A stretch of 64,000 bases of DNA. Origin: Scyliorhinus canicula (taxonomy: Eukaryota). Below the pieces are notes generated by a model. It searched no databases, was not told where the DNA came from, and saw only the letters and a program-made list of their open reading frames with translations. A program made the position numbers and the translations under genes. Below are positions 59,620 through 64,000 of the stretch, one piece after another; within the stretch, counting starts at the first letter, position 1; the number at the start of each line of letters is the position of its first letter. Location: assembly GCF_902713615.1 (NCBI RefSeq), contig NC_052146.1, positions 310,264,335-310,328,334 on the forward strand. Direction: 5' to 3'.

Positions 59620-62600
59620 TACGCTTTTGGCATAGTTCATCATTATGACAGCTTGGAGTAGGCGAGGGATTGTGACCTCCAGTGGAGGACACATACTGCA
59701 TGAGTATTTAATCAAGGCCTTAATCCTGGCTGCCCAACAGCCCTGAGAAGCAGCCGTGATTAAGGTCAAAGCCCATTGGAGAATTGAGAATTACGCACAG
59801 TAAGGTAACAGTTGGGCTGATCAGGCAGCGGAAGACCTATTAGAGCAGGAATGGGTAGAAATGCAGACTCCAGCAATAGCAGCTGTGAAGGCCAGAAACA
59901 ATGCTGATATTGATGGAAGGCAGGTGCTGGAACAAGCACTAGTGGAGGGAAAGGATGGGTGGGGAAATAACCGGGGACGGATGGACCATAATGGAATATG
60001 GAGGAGAGAGGGAAAGATAATTGCCCCTGAGGCCGTGTAACAATCCCTGTTAGACATATACCATGGACAGGAGCACAGAGGGAGAGACAATATGATCAAA
60101 CTATTAAAGGAATGTTGGTGGGTGGAAGGGAATGGGCAGGGATGTTGCCAAATTCTGCCAGCGATACATACAGTGCACCCTGGTGGAACCAGGCCGTCCC
60201 TGCAAGATAAAAATGGGAAGTCAGCCCCGTCCCAAGGGACCATGGGAAAATTTGCAACTAGATTTTCCTGGGCCTTTGCCTCGGCTACAGGGTAGAACAT
60301 ACTGTTTGGTGATTGTAAATCAATTCACCCGGTGGCTGGGACCATTCCCGAGTAAGGACCCCACCGCTAGTACCGTGGCTTTGATATTGGCGAATGAAAT
60401 AATACCAAGGTGGGGGGGGGGGGGGGGGGGGGGGGGGGGGAGGGGGGGAGGGGGGGGGAGGGGGGAGGGGGGGGAGGGGGGGGGGAGGGGGGGGGAGGGG
60501 GGTGCCCCTCCAACTGGATTCTGACAAAGGGGCCCATTTCACGGGGAAAGCCATGAAAGAGGACTGTAAAGTTTTGGGAATCCAGCAAAGATTCCACATC
60601 CCATCCCATCCTCAGAGCTCGGGAATGGTGATGAACCTTCAAAACAGCCTGGCCAAAGCTATGTTGTAGGAAGGGAATAATTGGGTACGGGCCCTGCCGG
60701 CAATATTGTTGCGACAAAAAGCCACCCCCGCCCAGGGAATGGGTCTAACCCCTTTTGAGTTAATGACAGGAAGAGCAATGCGTCTCCCGGAGGAGCTGAT
60801 AACTGGAGGGGGGGAACTCGAGATAAACAAAGGATCTGTACTCCAATGCATGAAAGATCTGGTAAACCGCCTGCGTGCCCTTAAGGGTCAGGTAATTGCA
60901 CAGCAACAGCATAGAGATTGGACCAAACTGACTGGAAAGGATACCCCAAAACTACCAACACCAGGGGATAGGGTCATGGTCAAACTCATGACAGGTAAAA
61001 AGGGACTAGGGGTTCGATGGGAGGGACCCTATGCAGTAATCATTGCTGGACAAACATGTGCTTTAATAGACGAGAAACCCAGTCCGCGGGGGTGGCACTG
61101 GACACAGTGAAACCATATCCCCATGGGTAGTCCCATAGTCACAAAGACTGAAAGGTCCCTCCGGTGGGTCAGCGGATCCAAGGAGCAGGGGGTTGCCATG
61201 GCATTGGCAGCTGCTGCACTTGTAATAGGGATTATCTGGGTTTGTCGATGGGCCACCAGAGTGTCTCAGGATGTGGGACAAAGGCACGGAGAGGATGTAT
61301 TGGAGGAGGGAGTGGAAATGATGCGAATGATAGAATACTAATTGAGCGCCGGAAGGCATTTGTTTGTACCCACAGGATTCTATTGCTAGCACACTTTAGG
61401 GCCCCACTTCATCTCTGGTTACAGCCATCGACATTGACCTCCTCACCATGGACACGGAAGGAGCCGGACATCACTGACACTAAAACAATGATGGCATGTA
61501 TACTAATGCCCCGTGGGTACGTCAGGATGCTGTAAATGTTCTGAGAGACGCCAGGGAAAGAGTGGGAGAGGTTTTTATTATGATGGGACTCAGGATGTTT
61601 GCACAAACGGGACTCTATACGTCCCTGGAGGCAGCTTATACAAATTATTGCAATTCTGAAATATCTCGGCCCTTTCTCAGGTGGGAACCCAGGATCATGG
61701 GAATTCCCGGTGATACGGAAAGCTGGGACACAGGACCTTTGCCCCCAGGCAGGATGACATTGGTTTTTAAAATGACCGATCAGAAAACGTTAAATGCCCT
61801 CGATGACCCGAATCGTCCTATTGTGAAATATAAAGTTTTGGGAACCGTCTGGAGATTCACTGTATGGATCCCTGCCAGGCACCTAACCGGAATGAAAATC
61901 AGGAGATGATCTGTGATAGATTAACAGTTTTGTATCAGGGAAGTGAGGTAGGCAGCCAGTCAGCACAGCAGCCCGAGAATCGGGTGGGATATTGTAGGAA
62001 GCAAGGACCCCACCAGATCAGGGTGGGGACCAGGCAGAAACCGACCACCACCACTGTGACACCGGCGAGCTCCGGCTCGGTTACAACCACGGGTCCAAGG
62101 ATGACCCCCAGGCCCGAATGTGCTGAGCATATCACCAGCCTCACTGTGGGACATGGGTTAGTTCTGACCCTCACTGACAAATCAGTGACGATAGTACCAG
62201 GATATGAACATGTAAAAGTTATGATTGATGTCGCCAGGCTACACTTACCAGCCTACTGCTGTGGTCAGGGATTATTTGTAGCGAGATTTTGGATGGGACT
62301 GGATTGAAACACAATAGACATAGTGGAACTGACGGTTGGAGGATATGAGGCAACGCCCTTGACATTGCTGAGATAAGTGAAGAGATTGAGGTTATGAAAT
62401 GACCAATGAGAGCTGCAGTTAAGGACATTTACCAAGATGCCGAAACGGCGACAGACCTTCTCCAGCAAGCCAATCAGCTTGTGTGGAAGGCACTTAAAGA
62501 GTTGCAGCCATATCAGACAACAATTAATGGATTACGTGGTATAATAACTATGCCAAGCGAGGCATTGTGTGTGAATTGCCTGGGCATAATGTTGTTCTAA

Positions 62601-63275
62601 CCAATTTATCTGAGTCTATTACCATTGGGCATCATGAACTGACTCCAGACAGTAATGAGTCCATCGTGAAATCAGATGACCTCGAGCAAACTGACGATAA
62701 CCGACAGATTCGATACGTCCAGAAGGGACTTCCACACATTCCGCATTTTCAGGCCGACTGGGAAGGACTGAAGAAGGAGGGAACGCAGACTGACCACCTC
62801 TGGAACACGGAGCAGTAGCTCATTAAGACTCATGTTTATATTGCTCGAATTTTTCATTACGCTCTGTTGCCTCAGACGCAGCATTAGGGAATGGCAGAAA
62901 GACAGTCGCCCCTTCGATAAAAAGGAACTGTTACAGCTCTTACCTGTTGAACATTCCACACCCAGGCCTGAATCCAACAAATTCAGTCTGTCTATTTAAT
63001 TGTCTATTCTTGGGCTAGTCAAGGGCCAAAAGGGGGGATTGAAAGAGGGGGGTCCAGTGGTGAGACCTCTTCAAACTGAATAGCTAGGATGCCACTAGAG
63101 TAGTTTTGCAGCAACTAGTTTCTTAAGAATTGATATTAGTTGTAGAAAGTGAACTGGATAATCATTATTAACCATTAAACCTGTATTTTAGGACATAGCG
63201 GTGGCCACAAAGCATGATGGGATTTAGGGTAGCTAACTTGCCCATGTGTTTGAGATAGTAAGCAAGTTTGTATCA
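59620..63275 (+). mobile_element. 5'-truncated endogenous retrovirus: RNase H, integrase, small ORF, env-like region, PPT, 3' LTR
   Basis: YAFG..HH..AWSRRG.VTSSG and VIKVKAH...GNSWAD (RNase H); PWENLQLDF...VIVNQFTRW...EIIPRWG..LQLDSDKGAHF...HPQSSGMV (IN); WEGPYAV; hydrophobic LMFILLEFFITLCCL near 62830-62875; PPT aaaagggggga at 63028-63038; LTR from TG at 63040 (end approximate). Confidence 0.85.
60412..60502 (+). repeat. 91-nt poly-G/G(n)A tract inside the ERV integrase
   Basis: Lies between the TGG (W) and GTG (V) codons of IPRWG-VP; adds 85 nt and shifts the frame. Confidence 0.9.
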
Positions 63276-64000
63276 GTGGCCCCCGATATCCTCTGGAAGT
63301 GAAAAGGAAGTCACTTCTGATACCCTGTCATTCTGAAACATTCCATGGAGTAAAGAGGATGCCAGTTCTGCCATCCTGTCCCTCATGAACAATGGGTGTG
63401 AAGGATGCTAAGATGGGGAAAAACAATTTCGGATTATTAGGATTGGCGTGAAGCCTTTTGTAAACACAGCTAACAGGATGAAGTTCAATCACAGGTTGCA
63501 CACAATTTTATTGGATAAAGTTTAAACATGACAGCTTCAGGGATTGGATCGTGTCCAACTGGGGTGGGCTATTGATTTTTGGAAATTGTATAATTGATGT
63601 GTTTTTATCCGTGTTTAGTAGATAGATCTTGGCAGACATCCAGATCTCATCTCCGTGTAAACAAATTCAATCTTGGAAACCGCCTTATCCAGATTGTTGA
63701 TGTGTCTGTTGCTCTCTGTTCTGAGTTGAGCCACAGGGAAGGACCCCATGTGGAAGCTGACTCAATACACAGGTCTTGAAACGGCTCCTGAAGACATGTG
63801 TCCTGATTGGATCAAAACGTTGTAATTATATTCCAGATAGTTCCAAACAAATCACATATTTGACAAATCACATCAAAAGGAAGTGGAAAATCTGAGTCTA
63901 ACTGTTTGGATTTGGGCTATGGAATGGTTGGGATCCTGAGGAGTTGCAGCGGTGCAAGGCCTGGGTATGATCTTTTCAAGTATTTTTGCGATATATCTTG

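Overview
Eukaryotic, repeat-rich vertebrate DNA. The SINE/LINE repertoire (HE1-type V-SINEs, CR1, L1-like) points to a shark or other elasmobranch; this is inferred, not searched. Most of the window is transposable-element debris: CR1 fragments, two tRNA-SINE families, Harbinger-type MITEs, Gypsy and Gmr1-like LTR elements, solo LTRs, a full-length L1-like LINE with TSD, two ERV remnants, minisatellites and one 128-N gap. Hidden among these, on the minus strand and largely invisible in the ORF track, is a spliced immune-receptor gene that I assembled by hand from phase-compatible GT-AG exons: leader (53042-52991), a frameshifted V exon (32952-32608), an intact V exon with a germline-fused J-like motif (26940-26596), an uncharged TM exon (24583-24433) and cytoplasmic exons (22750-22707, 21276-21224, 14206-14165, 13043-13001). 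The last two exons join into a canonical ITAM, DPTYT|ALQQPTSSVYSEI. The predicted product (at least 243 aa) is a non-rearranging, antigen-receptor-like single VJ domain wired directly to its own ITAM. The first ITAM half-exon occurs three times (14206, 5205, 2340). The 3' terminal exon and the gene's identity are unresolved; no expression or database evidence was available.
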